From IMG/VR virus record IMGVR_UViG_3300009079_000013: a DNA stretch of 64,000 nt, one strand, 5' to 3'. The first letter of the stretch is position 1. Each line of letters opens with the position of its first letter. The position numbers were made by a program, and so were the translations under genes. The notes below the pieces were generated by a model. The model saw only the letters and a program-made list of their open reading frames with translations, was not told the DNA's origin and made no database searches. Below are positions 1 through 11,915 of the stretch, in pieces. Source of the stretch: a virus.

Positions 1-806
1 TTAAAAAATTTAAAGACTCTAATTTTAAGTTTAATAAAGAACTACATAAATATACATATCATGATGAATCTACAGGTAAAGTTTTACAAACCTTTAAATC
101 TGTTTCTGGGTTTGCTGATAATTTTAAAGAACCTTTTAATGGTAGGCTTATTGCTGAAAACCTTTCAACTAGCAATCCTCTTTATGGAAAACCCGTAGAT
201 GATATACTTGCGATATGGAAAGAAAAAGGAAGAGTAGCAGCTGACTTGGGAACAACTGTTCATGAATGGATAGAAGATTTTTATAAAACAATAACTGATG
301 ATAATATATTTGCTACAATAGATCACCAAAACCTATTAAAAAATCCAATTGAATTAGAAGACAAAGAAGCTGTGTCAAGGGTAGAAAAATTTAGAACATA
401 TTACACCGAAAGGTTAACTTCTTTAAAATCAGTTTTTCAAGAAGTCAAGGTTTTTTCTAGAAAATGGGGATATGCAGGAACGATAGACGGTATATTTTCT
501 ATTGATGGTGAAAGGTTAATAATATGTGATTATAAAACCAATAAAGAGTTTACAACAGATTCTGATTGGAAAGGAAGTAGAAATAGACTATTTGAACCGT
601 TTAACGATACTTTTGATAATAAGCATAATAATTACTCTATACAGGTCAGTCTATATAGGCTAATAATAGAAGAAGAATGTGGTATAGAGATGCAAGATCC
701 TTTTCTACTTTGGATACCTCCAAAAGGACCTTGTAAAGCATTTAAAGCAAAAGATTATAGAAATAAAATAAGAACATATTTAAATGATAAAAATTTAGTC
801 ATATAA
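1..806 (+). CDS. PD-(D/E)XK (Cas4-like) exonuclease, 5'-partial
   Basis: The frame is open from base 3 (KKFKDSNF...) into ORF 246. Motifs GTTVHEWIE, GYAGTIDG, ICDYKTNK and YSIQVSLY. Confidence 0.8.
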   Translation, partial: KKFKDSNFKFNKELHKYTYHDESTGKVLQTFKSVSGFADNFKEPFNGRLIAENLSTSNPLYGKPVDDILAIWKEKGRVAADLGTTVHEWIEDFYKTITDDNIFATIDHQNLLKNPIELEDKEAVSRVEKFRTYYTERLTSLKSVFQEVKVFSRKWGYAGTIDGIFSIDGERLIICDYKTNKEFTTDSDWKGSRNRLFEPFNDTFDNKHNNYSIQVSLYRLIIEEECGIEMQDPFLLWIPPKGPCKAFKAKDYRNKIRTYLNDKNLVI

Positions 807-809
807 TAA

Positions 810-2467
<1,658 letters not shown>

Positions 2468-2490
2468 TACTTTTATTTAGATGCTATATT

Positions 2491-2518
2491 AAAAGACCCT
2501 TTATGGGTCTTTTTTTTT
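2491..2518 (+). terminator. Rho-independent terminator
   Basis: AAAGACCC-TTTAT-GGGTCTTT followed by a T run. Confidence 0.85.
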
Positions 2519-2554
2519 GTTTCAAATAAATAATAAAAAATCAAGTGTTTTTAA

Positions 2555-5500
2555 ATGTCCTGTGAAAATAAAAAAGCAAGTTTAGACGAATTAATTATAG
2601 ATATATCAAAAGATATTGAATTAAATCAAAAAGAATTAGGGTTCGATATATCTAATTTAACCTCAATCGATTCTTTAAAGGGAATTATAGATGAACTTAC
2701 TTCTCAGGATCTATGTAAATCTCCATCTAACCCTGTTTTTTCAATGGAACAACTAAGTGAAGTTGGTTGCGATAAGGATTCTTCTAATGAATTACCTAAT
2801 ATAAACGTAAATTTAGGAGATATAAATACTTCGGCTAATGAAAAATCACATAGCTGTCAGGATGCGTTGAATAAAGCTAATATTATATTAAAAGCAGAAC
2901 AGGAGGAATATTCAGATTTAAACATACTACTTCAAAAGCTTTTAGAATATCAGGACAATTACAAAGTTTTGAATGAATATTACGTTGAAAGGTCTAAAGA
3001 GTCAGCGCGGCTTTTAAATTTATTTCAACCTATATTAAAAGAAATACGTAGATTAGAAAACCTTTATCAAGAAGTATTAGCAGAGAGATCTGATATTTTA
3101 GTTCAGAGGAATTCTGCATCATACTTTTCAGCTGAACGCTCTGCTTTAACAGATACATATAACAAGTTATCTCTTGAATTAAACACTATATCTAACGAGA
3201 AGTCAGAATCTGAAAATGAATTATCGTCAGTGACAAGCCAAGAAGATATTTTTTCAGACACTGGTTTCTCTTCCGCTGTATCATCACTTTTCGATACCGG
3301 AACAAATTACTCTAGTTATTTTTATTATGCAGTTAACAACTTTTTAGACGCAGCTGGCTTTAGTCAAATAAAAAATTCAATAGAGCAATACTCAACATGT
3401 GTAAAAGCAAATTCTAATTTATCATATAATGTAAACACATATATTGAAACACCAATTATAGAATTTTCAATAGATTTCATAGGTATAAATTTTATAAAAT
3501 CTCAAAAGGATTTGTATAATGAAGAAACAGGGAAAAGAACAAATGTTGATTTTAATTTTAAAATCAAGGATAACCCAAGACTTCTTAAAAACGATTATTT
3601 TAATAATACACCCGGTTTAAATATAACAAATGCTAGCTTCGACAAAACGTTTTCTGGAGTACTTTACGAAGAATATTATAATAAATTAAACGATCCTATT
3701 AATAATTTATTTTCTTTAAACGAAAGAGGATTGACTAGTACAGAATCGTTAATAGATACTAATCTTAAAGACAAAACCTTTAATAAAAAGAGAGAGGGTT
3801 CATCGGAGTATTACATACAAGATCAGCAAAAATTAGAGTCTTTCTATGAAAACTTTGAAATAAATTTAGCAAACAAAAAAGAATTAATACGAAATGAAAA
3901 AGTAAAACCTGCATTTTCATTAGTATCATTGAACTTAAAAAAGCTAGCTAGGGTCGATATCAAGCTTTTATTAATGATAGGTGGAGCTAATGTAAACATT
4001 CTAGATGAAAGTAACAATTTAAGCACAATCGTAGAGTCCATATCTGCTTCTCAAGAAGATTTTATAACAAAGATAACTAACTTAGAATCTGAAATATCTA
4101 GGATAAAATTAAGAATGAAAGAAATTAAACCTACATCTGATAGGGTTAAATCATTATTAATAGAATTTGATAGTAATTGTTTTTCTAAAGAAAATCTAGA
4201 AGTGTCCGACTCTTTATTAGAGAAAAAAGCAGAAGATATAAAAGGTAACGATCCCTTTGGAATAGATTCTTTAAATGAAACAGATCCTACTATGCCAACG
4301 TTGTTAGATCTTAAATATTGGTTAGAATTTTCAAAGGTTCTAAATAAAGTAGCACTTTTACCTTTACCTGAAAATCCAACAACTTTAAGATATTGGCCTG
4401 TAGGTTTATTTTTTCCAACTCCAGCTGGTACTCTGATAAAGATTCCGTTACCTATAATCTGGATACCATTAATAGTTATACCTAGTCCCACTGGCGTTAT
4501 AGTGGTTTTCTTAACTATAAATGGTATCTTTATAAGTCCTATTATGTTTACTATAAATGCAACCGGGACTAAACAACATTTACTTACTGTTAGAGGTCCG
4601 AGTAAGCAATTTGGTTACTCCGGAGATTCAATTAGTGATTTGCTTAAAATTCCTTTAAATATAGTAGCTGCTAAAAAATCGGTTTTAAATAAAGGATTGC
4701 TTTCTAAATTACCAGAAAACGAAAAAGAAGAATACGAAATAAAACTAGAAGCTTTAGAAAAAAAATTAAGTAAAGCAAAACCTGAGTCTTACAAGTATAA
4801 ACGAATACAGATTAAAATATCTGATCTAAAAGAATCTGTTTCTGGAAAATCAGAAGACGAAAAAACAGTAGAAGCATTAGATAAAAAAGAGTCTGCTGAA
4901 GACGCTATAAACAAAGCTAAAGATTCTATAAAAGATAAAATGAATCAGTTAGGAGAACCTGAGTTTTTAAATAGTTTAAATATTCAAAACGAAATAGAAA
5001 ACATAAGGTTACAAAAACGCAAAGAAATAGACGAGGTATACAAATCGGACCTTTCTCCTAAAGAAAAAAGAAAAAAGCTAAAAACATTAAGAAATGAATT
5101 AAAAAAAGAAGGTATATCTAAAGAGTCAAAAGAGGAAGCTATAAAAAAAGACGTCATGGAATTCTTTGAAAAATTAAAGCTTCCTTCTATTAAAATACCA
5201 GCTGATTCTACTAAACTTAATCCTCCGCCTACACCTTTGTCACAATTAAAGGAATCTACCGAAGAAAGTATAAGTGATTATAAAAATGATCCAACTGCAG
5301 ATAGAAATAGAATAGTGAAAGATATGATGAAGCGGGAACTTCCTAGTATATCAGACTTAATAAACATTAATGATATACCTGTAAATTCAAAAAATAGAAT
5401 AGTCATATCAGATAGTTATTTAAAAATTAAGGATAAACTGAATCAAATAAATGAAGCCATTATCGATACCCTAAAAGGAAGCGTTAATTTAAACACGAAA

Positions 5501-6673
5501 CAGATTGAAACTAAAATAGAAGAACTAAAAAAAGATATTTCTTTAGAAGAAAATAGAACCGCTAAAAGGAAATTAAAAACAAGTCTTAGAAAAGAGGAAT
5601 CTATCTTAAATAATTACAACAAATCTGAGGAATTTAAAAAAGACAACTCTTTAAACAAAGACAAAAGAAAAGAAATATCTGATGTAAAATTTAAATTTAA
5701 CGCGTTTAAACGCTTAGATGAGATGTTACCTACTAAGGTTGATTTTTTACCAAGTAAAAGTGATATATTACCAATAACTCAAGCTGGGTCTTTGCTTAAA
5801 ACTTATATAGATTCTTTAAAATTAAATGACGTTAAATCTATTTTTGGAGGAGCAGATGAAATAACTGTATCATCTATACAAGATGTATATTTTAATATTT
5901 TAAATAAAGAAATTCCTAATGATTTAATAATGAAAAATGAAACCAGTGCTAAAGATATTCTAAAATCTTCATCCGGTGTTCTGTCTTCTATAGCTATTCC
6001 TTCTAAATCTATAAATTTACTTAAACCTTTTACTATGTCTAAAAAGATTCCAATCGATTTAAACATGTTAATGGGACCTCTAAGAAAAAAGATAGAAAAT
6101 GACATGCAAAATTTAAATGGATGTTTGCCGGTAGATATAGATAACAACTTTAGTAATCTTAATCCAACTGATATCAAAGTATATTTGGAAGATAGTATTT
6201 TGTCTAAATTAGATGACTTATTAAGTATCATTTCTCCTATATACGCTATAATATCTTTTCTAAAGTCAACTAAGGGGATAAATTTATCTCAATCTCAAAT
6301 ATCCTCATTTCTAAAACCTCCGTTCGGTTCTTTAGATTTTGCTTTATTTACAGCAGATGCTTTAATTAAAATAAATTCGCCTAACTCTGCGAACATGCCT
6401 TCATTTAATTTAGAAGCTTTGCAAAAAGCAAAAAGTGTTATAGATGAAGTAGTATCTCCCATAATGGATAATCCCGCTAGTTATATAATACCAGCAAGTA
6501 CGGCTAGCATTGGATTGTCTGACACTCTACGAGTATTTCATCCAGTAATGAAAGCAGATGATATTCCACCTTGGGAAAGATTGTCGAGTAGAAACTTTTT
6601 ATTTGTATTATTTCTAGATGAATTTATTTCAGAAGCCGCTAAAAAAGTAGGATTTTTTAGATCATTTATTTAA
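2555..6673 (+). CDS. Large coiled-coil hypothetical protein (1372 aa), possibly virion-associated
   Basis: Long ORF with ATAAATA at 2526-2532, helical segments and a central hydrophobic Pro-rich patch. Confidence 0.6.
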   Translation: MSCENKKASLDELIIDISKDIELNQKELGFDISNLTSIDSLKGIIDELTSQDLCKSPSNPVFSMEQLSEVGCDKDSSNELPNINVNLGDINTSANEKSHSCQDALNKANIILKAEQEEYSDLNILLQKLLEYQDNYKVLNEYYVERSKESARLLNLFQPILKEIRRLENLYQEVLAERSDILVQRNSASYFSAERSALTDTYNKLSLELNTISNEKSESENELSSVTSQEDIFSDTGFSSAVSSLFDTGTNYSSYFYYAVNNFLDAAGFSQIKNSIEQYSTCVKANSNLSYNVNTYIETPIIEFSIDFIGINFIKSQKDLYNEETGKRTNVDFNFKIKDNPRLLKNDYFNNTPGLNITNASFDKTFSGVLYEEYYNKLNDPINNLFSLNERGLTSTESLIDTNLKDKTFNKKREGSSEYYIQDQQKLESFYENFEINLANKKELIRNEKVKPAFSLVSLNLKKLARVDIKLLLMIGGANVNILDESNNLSTIVESISASQEDFITKITNLESEISRIKLRMKEIKPTSDRVKSLLIEFDSNCFSKENLEVSDSLLEKKAEDIKGNDPFGIDSLNETDPTMPTLLDLKYWLEFSKVLNKVALLPLPENPTTLRYWPVGLFFPTPAGTLIKIPLPIIWIPLIVIPSPTGVIVVFLTINGIFISPIMFTINATGTKQHLLTVRGPSKQFGYSGDSISDLLKIPLNIVAAKKSVLNKGLLSKLPENEKEEYEIKLEALEKKLSKAKPESYKYKRIQIKISDLKESVSGKSEDEKTVEALDKKESAEDAINKAKDSIKDKMNQLGEPEFLNSLNIQNEIENIRLQKRKEIDEVYKSDLSPKEKRKKLKTLRNELKKEGISKESKEEAIKKDVMEFFEKLKLPSIKIPADSTKLNPPPTPLSQLKESTEESISDYKNDPTADRNRIVKDMMKRELPSISDLININDIPVNSKNRIVISDSYLKIKDKLNQINEAIIDTLKGSVNLNTKQIETKIEELKKDISLEENRTAKRKLKTSLRKEESILNNYNKSEEFKKDNSLNKDKRKEISDVKFKFNAFKRLDEMLPTKVDFLPSKSDILPITQAGSLLKTYIDSLKLNDVKSIFGGADEITVSSIQDVYFNILNKEIPNDLIMKNETSAKDILKSSSGVLSSIAIPSKSINLLKPFTMSKKIPIDLNMLMGPLRKKIENDMQNLNGCLPVDIDNNFSNLNPTDIKVYLEDSILSKLDDLLSIISPIYAIISFLKSTKGINLSQSQISSFLKPPFGSLDFALFTADALIKINSPNSANMPSFNLEALQKAKSVIDEVVSPIMDNPASYIIPASTASIGLSDTLRVFHPVMKADDIPPWERLSSRNFLFVLFLDEFISEAAKKVGFFRSFI

Positions 6674-6717
6674 AACTAAAAGTACTTTTTTCAATATAAT
6701 ATTTAAAAATATAAAAT

Positions 6718-7911
6718 ATGCAAAACAGTAGCCGGGAATATGGACAACCATTAGATGATTTTGACTGGGATAATCTATCTAATGACAAATATAATAAGAA
6801 AGTAATTATATCTGAACAAGATCGTAAAGAGAATACTAAGATATTATGTAAAGAGCCATATGCACAGGAATTATATGACATGTATAAGAAATATGAAGAA
6901 AATAGTTCTGTTAATCCTTACGTAAGCAAAGATTTAGAAATAGGCCAATTATATAAAGTAAATGCCAAAAGTATATGCTTGAAAACAGGAGTTATTAAAT
7001 CTATTGAGGAGAACTCCGGTGTTGAGATAAGTATTCCATTAAAAGAATATGGAGGTGACTTAGATGAGCTTAAAAGTGGAATAGGCACAGCTTTTAAAGT
7101 CATGCTCTACAAATCAACTGGGAATTGCGAATATATTGCTTCTGAAAAGAAAAGTAGATCTATTAATTATAGAGATGAACTTATTGCACATTTAGAAAAT
7201 AATACATGGTTCGATGTAACTATAAGAAAACTAATTAAGGGTGGATATATTGCTACCTATAAGAACGAAATAGATTGTTTTATACCAGGATCACAAGCAG
7301 GTGCCAATGTTATAAAAGACTTTTCTATTCTTTTAAACAAGACTATTTCAGTCATGGTAGACAACTATGATAAATCTAATAACTTATTCATCGTTTCTTA
7401 TAAAAAATATATTAAACATAGTTTACCTGAAAAAGTATCTGATTTAAGGTTTGGTAAAATGTATACGGGTAAGTTAACTAACAAACCATATCCTTTTGGA
7501 GTATTCGTTGAATTAGAAAATTACTATACTGGTCTTGTTCATAGCTCAGATTTTGAAAATTACGATGAGGTTTCTAGAAACTTAAGAGCAGGAGATGATA
7601 TAGATGTTTACGTTAAAGGTGTTACTTATAAGAAAAATCAGTATAGAATAGTATTGTCTCTTAAAAAAGAATCTATACCGGATGAACTTATAAAATGGGA
7701 TAATTTAAAAGAAGATTTAGAAGGAAATACATTTGATTTTACTGAACATGAAACAAAGAGAAATACTATTGTAATGTATTATAATGGAGAGTCAGTAGAG
7801 TTACAATTAGGTAAACAGTATAGAGATCTTAAAGTATCTGACTTTTCTAAAGTACTGATTCATCATGTAGATTCTTTAAATAAAGTTATGAATTTTTCAT
7901 TAATTAATTAA
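6718..7911 (+). CDS. Ribosomal protein bS1-like multi-S1-domain protein
   Basis: KGGYIATY..IDCFIPGSQ..LLNKTISVMV..IVSYKKY and FGVFVELENYYTGLVHSSD resemble S1 repeats. N-terminal DDFDWD. Confidence 0.8.
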   Translation: MQNSSREYGQPLDDFDWDNLSNDKYNKKVIISEQDRKENTKILCKEPYAQELYDMYKKYEENSSVNPYVSKDLEIGQLYKVNAKSICLKTGVIKSIEENSGVEISIPLKEYGGDLDELKSGIGTAFKVMLYKSTGNCEYIASEKKSRSINYRDELIAHLENNTWFDVTIRKLIKGGYIATYKNEIDCFIPGSQAGANVIKDFSILLNKTISVMVDNYDKSNNLFIVSYKKYIKHSLPEKVSDLRFGKMYTGKLTNKPYPFGVFVELENYYTGLVHSSDFENYDEVSRNLRAGDDIDVYVKGVTYKKNQYRIVLSLKKESIPDELIKWDNLKEDLEGNTFDFTEHETKRNTIVMYYNGESVELQLGKQYRDLKVSDFSKVLIHHVDSLNKVMNFSLIN

Positions 7912-7966
7912 TAAAAAACATATCCACTTGTTTCGGTTTACTATAATCTTAAATAAATAAATCTGT

Positions 7967-7999
7967 AATGGGCAACCCCTAAAAGGATTGCCCATTTTT
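7967..7999 (+). terminator. Hairpin with U tract (terminator or attenuator) before nrdB
   Basis: AATGGGCAA...TTGCCCATT followed by TTT. Confidence 0.55.
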
Positions 8000-8047
8000 A
8001 AACTGATAGATCTTGCAAAAAGGTTTATATTAAAAATAATTTTACGT

Positions 8048-9007
8048 ATGTATTTAAAAAATTCTGACACTGAGAAAAGATATTCTATATTTCCAATTAA
8101 AAATCAAGATTTATGGGATGCTTATAAAGCCGCTGAAAAACAAACTTGGGTTGCCGAGGAAGTCAATTTAGCTCAAGACGACTATAATTCATTGAGTGAC
8201 GATGAAAAATTCTACTTAAAAAATATACTTGCCTTTTTTACTATATCAGATGGTTTAGTAATAGACAATTTATGTGATAATGTAATAGACAATGTAGAAA
8301 TATCAGAAGCAAAATATTATTATAATCATCAAATGTTCATGGAACAAGTTCATGCTAATGGATATGCTCTACTAATAGATACATACATAGATGATCCTGA
8401 AGAAAAAAACAAGTTGTTTAATTCTATGTTAACTAATGATGCTGTTAGAGACAAAGCGGAATGGGCAGAAAATTGGTTAAATAATGGTTCTTTTGTTGAA
8501 AAATTAATAGCTTTCGCTTGCGTTGAAGGCATTGCTTTTTCTTCAGTTTTCGCTGGAGTATTTTGGTTTAGAAGTAGAAATAAAATGCCAGGGTTAGCTG
8601 AAATGAATGAACTTATATTAAGAGATGAGTCTTTTCATTACGAGTTTGCTTTACAAATGTTTAATAATTACGTAAAAGAAGAACATAAACCTTCTAAAGA
8701 AAGAATTAAAGAAGTTATACTTTCTTGTTTTGAAACTGAAAAAACTTTTGTAGAAAAAAGCTTACCCGATGGACTTCAAGGTATGTCCAAACAAATGATG
8801 ATTGAATATGTTGAATTTGTAACAGATATTGTATTGAATGATTTCATAGGAGAAACAAAATTTAGTACAAAAAATCCTTTAGACTTCATGAAAAAGATAG
8901 GATTGTCTTCAAAAAACAATTTCTTTGAGAGAAGAACGGGCGGAGGATATACTAGAGTAGATATACCTACCAGTAATTTAGGTATATTTGATGACGCAGA
9001 CTTTTAA
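8048..9007 (+). CDS. nrdB: Ribonucleotide reductase class Ia beta subunit
   Basis: EQVHANGY, VEGIAFSSVF, RDESFH and NFFERR. The ATG at 8048 is preferred over the TTG at 7988. Confidence 0.95.
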   Translation: MYLKNSDTEKRYSIFPIKNQDLWDAYKAAEKQTWVAEEVNLAQDDYNSLSDDEKFYLKNILAFFTISDGLVIDNLCDNVIDNVEISEAKYYYNHQMFMEQVHANGYALLIDTYIDDPEEKNKLFNSMLTNDAVRDKAEWAENWLNNGSFVEKLIAFACVEGIAFSSVFAGVFWFRSRNKMPGLAEMNELILRDESFHYEFALQMFNNYVKEEHKPSKERIKEVILSCFETEKTFVEKSLPDGLQGMSKQMMIEYVEFVTDIVLNDFIGETKFSTKNPLDFMKKIGLSSKNNFFERRTGGGYTRVDIPTSNLGIFDDADF

Positions 9008-9025
9008 TATAAAAAAAATAGACAG

Positions 9026-11194
9026 ATGAAAATAATAAAAAGAGATGGCTCAAAGCAGTCTTTTATGCCTAATAAAATTTTAAGTAGAATAAAAACCCAA
9101 TCTATAGGGCTTAGTATCAAAGCTGAAAAGTTATTTCAAAGAGTTATTCCACACATAAAAGACGGAATGACAGCAACTGACATTGATGAAATAATAGCCT
9201 TTCAGACTGCTGATTTACAAATAGAACACCCCGACTACGCTATTTTAGGAGGTAGGATATTGATATCTAGACAAGGAAAGCTATTAGAGGTAGAAGAGAA
9301 AGAAATAGATGAAAAATTTGATTCATTTGCCGCTTCTACGTTTCTTACTAAATATTCTCAAAAAGATAACGATAAGAGGCCTATTGAAATACCTTCTATG
9401 ATGTATAATAGAGTTGCTTCTCACTTGTATCCTGATTCATTCAAAGATAGGAGAAAGTTATTAAATGAATTATATGCTAAAAGAGGAAATTTTGCAACTC
9501 CTATTCTTTCTAATTCAGGCGTAGAAGGAAGAAACGGGTTAATTAGTTGCAATCTTACTACTCTCATGGATGATAGTATAGAAGGAATAAATGCCACCTT
9601 AGATAAAATAGCTCATGGATCAAAAGAAGGATCCGGTATAGGTTTTTGTATAGACATGTTAAGGAGTAGTAAGAGCATGGTCAATAGTTTTAAAGGACAT
9701 GCCGGAGGTGTCGTTAGATTCGCAGACATGGTTCAAGCTAAAATGAGATTCTTTAAACAGGGAAATAGATCAGGTAGCTGTGCATTATACTTATCAGTAT
9801 GGCATAGAGATATAATGCCTTTTTTAGAATTAAGATTACCTATAGGAGAAGAACTAAATAGAGCTAGGGATCTTTTTACTGCTATTACTATTGATAACGT
9901 TTTTATGGAAGCTTTAACAAATGGAGGAAAGTACCATTTGTTTTGTCCTAATGATATTAAAAAAGCAGGATTAAAGCCTTTTTATGAAATACATGGAGAA
10001 GAATTTAAAGAAGAATACAATAAAGCAGTTGAATTAGGAATAGGAGAAGAAATTGATCCTAGGAAAATTTGGGATGCAGCTATTAGATCTCAAGTTGAAA
10101 GTGGAACTCCTTATACTTTTTATAAAGACAATGCTAACGTTCGTAATATGCAAAAAAACATAGGTATTGTAAATCAATCTAATCTATGTATCGAAATAAT
10201 GCAAGCAAGTAAGCCTGAATACACACCTCAGTGTACCTTAGCCTCTGTAAATCTAGCTGAACATGATTCTTTAAAGAGTATAGCTAAAACCACTAAAGTA
10301 CTCGTAAGAGCCCTTAATAGGGTCATTGATAAAAATAAATGGTCAGACGAATGGAGTAAAAACGCAGGAGAAGATCAAAGAGCAATAGCAATAGGAGTAG
10401 CTGGTCTTGCTGATTTTTTCGCTAAAAAGAAAATTTCTTTTGAAAGTGAAGATGCTAAAACATGGAATCACGATATATTTGAAACAATGTATAAAGCGGC
10501 TGTTGAAGAGAGTATGTCTATTGCTATTGAAGACGATAATTCTTATCCAGCATGGGAAGGAAGTCCTTATAGTAAAGGTGAAACTTATATAGAAGGATGG
10601 TCCCCTGTGAAAAAAGGTGAACCTATTCCTATGAAAAATTCTTTACTTTTAGGTCTAATGCCCACTGCTTCAAGCGCAATATTATTAGGGGCCTTTGAAT
10701 GTTTTGAACCTATTACATCTAACGTTTTTACTAGAATGGTTGGAGATGGTGAATTTATTGTAGTTAATAAATATTTAGCAAGGGAATTAGATGAATTAGG
10801 CCTATGGAACGATAATATACGAAATAAAATAATAGCTAACGAAGGAAGCGTTCAAGAAATTCAAGAAATTCCAGATGACATTAGATATAGATATAAAACA
10901 GTATGGGAAATACCTCAAAAGGTTCTTTTAGACTTAGCTATTATTAGAAATAAATTTATAGATCAGTCTCAAAGTTTAAACGTATACCATAGGGATGCTA
11001 AATATAGCAAAATATCAAGCGCTTTAGTATATGCTTGGAAAAATGGTCTTAAAACTGGATCGTATTACACAAGAACAGAACCTAAATTAGGTAAAAACAA
11101 GAAATTATCAGCTTCTGAAAATAATTCTACTAAAGCTCCTAAAAGACCTGAAAACTCAATGTTTACTTGCGCTGGAGGTGGATGTGACGCATAA
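9026..11194 (+). CDS. nrdA: Ribonucleotide reductase class Ia alpha subunit
   Basis: N-terminal ATP cone (IIKRDG), SNLCIEI, MPTASS, GLKTGSYY and a C-terminal CxxxxC. Confidence 0.96.
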   Translation: MKIIKRDGSKQSFMPNKILSRIKTQSIGLSIKAEKLFQRVIPHIKDGMTATDIDEIIAFQTADLQIEHPDYAILGGRILISRQGKLLEVEEKEIDEKFDSFAASTFLTKYSQKDNDKRPIEIPSMMYNRVASHLYPDSFKDRRKLLNELYAKRGNFATPILSNSGVEGRNGLISCNLTTLMDDSIEGINATLDKIAHGSKEGSGIGFCIDMLRSSKSMVNSFKGHAGGVVRFADMVQAKMRFFKQGNRSGSCALYLSVWHRDIMPFLELRLPIGEELNRARDLFTAITIDNVFMEALTNGGKYHLFCPNDIKKAGLKPFYEIHGEEFKEEYNKAVELGIGEEIDPRKIWDAAIRSQVESGTPYTFYKDNANVRNMQKNIGIVNQSNLCIEIMQASKPEYTPQCTLASVNLAEHDSLKSIAKTTKVLVRALNRVIDKNKWSDEWSKNAGEDQRAIAIGVAGLADFFAKKKISFESEDAKTWNHDIFETMYKAAVEESMSIAIEDDNSYPAWEGSPYSKGETYIEGWSPVKKGEPIPMKNSLLLGLMPTASSAILLGAFECFEPITSNVFTRMVGDGEFIVVNKYLARELDELGLWNDNIRNKIIANEGSVQEIQEIPDDIRYRYKTVWEIPQKVLLDLAIIRNKFIDQSQSLNVYHRDAKYSKISSALVYAWKNGLKTGSYYTRTEPKLGKNKKLSASENNSTKAPKRPENSMFTCAGGGCDA

Positions 11195-11248
11195 TTAAAA
11201 GTTCTGTGTTAATCACAGACTTTAGGACCGGGATAGTTCCGGAATATT

Positions 11249-11280
11249 AAAGCAGGGGATTCGCTACTCCTGCTTTTTTT
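11249..11280 (+). terminator. Rho-independent terminator after nrdA
   Basis: AAAGCAGGG...TCCTGCTTT followed by a T run. Confidence 0.75.
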
Positions 11281-11363
11281 ATTTTACAATAAGATTAGAG
11301 TTTTGTAAACTTACTATTTTGATTTACTTATTCGAATAAATAAATTAAATAAAGATGTAAACC

Positions 11364-11906
11364 GTGGTAAAAAGATACATAAAAGATTTTAATAATTTTA
11401 TACTAATCGAACAAGATATGGGTATGGGCATGGGTATGGAAGAAGACGGACAACAACCCGCTGCTCCAAAACAAAAATTCTACTCTTTCATATTTTTAGA
11501 CGATGGTAAGAAAATATCATCAACAGGACCTTTAGAAAAAAGATATAACTTATATAGAATAAAAGAGACTGAGCTAGACGCTTGGATAGATAAAAGTATA
11601 TCTTCTAAAAAAGAAAGATTATCAGACGCCACTAGTACTGAAATAGATAAAGTAAAACTAGATGTTAAAAACGCTATTATAGGAGAAAGATTTTCAATAT
11701 CAAACATAGACAGATCTTTTTTAAAGAAATTTAAAAACGATGTTAAAGCTGGTTTGATAGACGGTACTGATTCAGTTCAACATTACAAAGATAAGAATAA
11801 TAAAGACGCCTATAACTCTTTAGAAACTATTACTGTAGAATTTGATAAAAACAATATACCAGTAACCACTGAGCTAGAAGTTACATTTATTGAAACAGAA
11901 AAATAA
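11364..11906 (+). CDS. Hypothetical protein, candidate internal head protein
   Basis: ATAAATA at 11336-11342. N-terminal IKDFNNFILIE resembles a capsid-targeting sequence. Confidence 0.55.
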   Translation: MVKRYIKDFNNFILIEQDMGMGMGMEEDGQQPAAPKQKFYSFIFLDDGKKISSTGPLEKRYNLYRIKETELDAWIDKSISSKKERLSDATSTEIDKVKLDVKNAIIGERFSISNIDRSFLKKFKNDVKAGLIDGTDSVQHYKDKNNKDAYNSLETITVEFDKNNIPVTTELEVTFIETEK

Positions 11907-11915
11907 GTAAATTCT

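Noticed and set aside
1-806. CRISPR-Cas (Cas4-like gene)
   Set aside because: It is a solo phage PD-(D/E)XK nuclease; I saw no array or other cas genes in the window.
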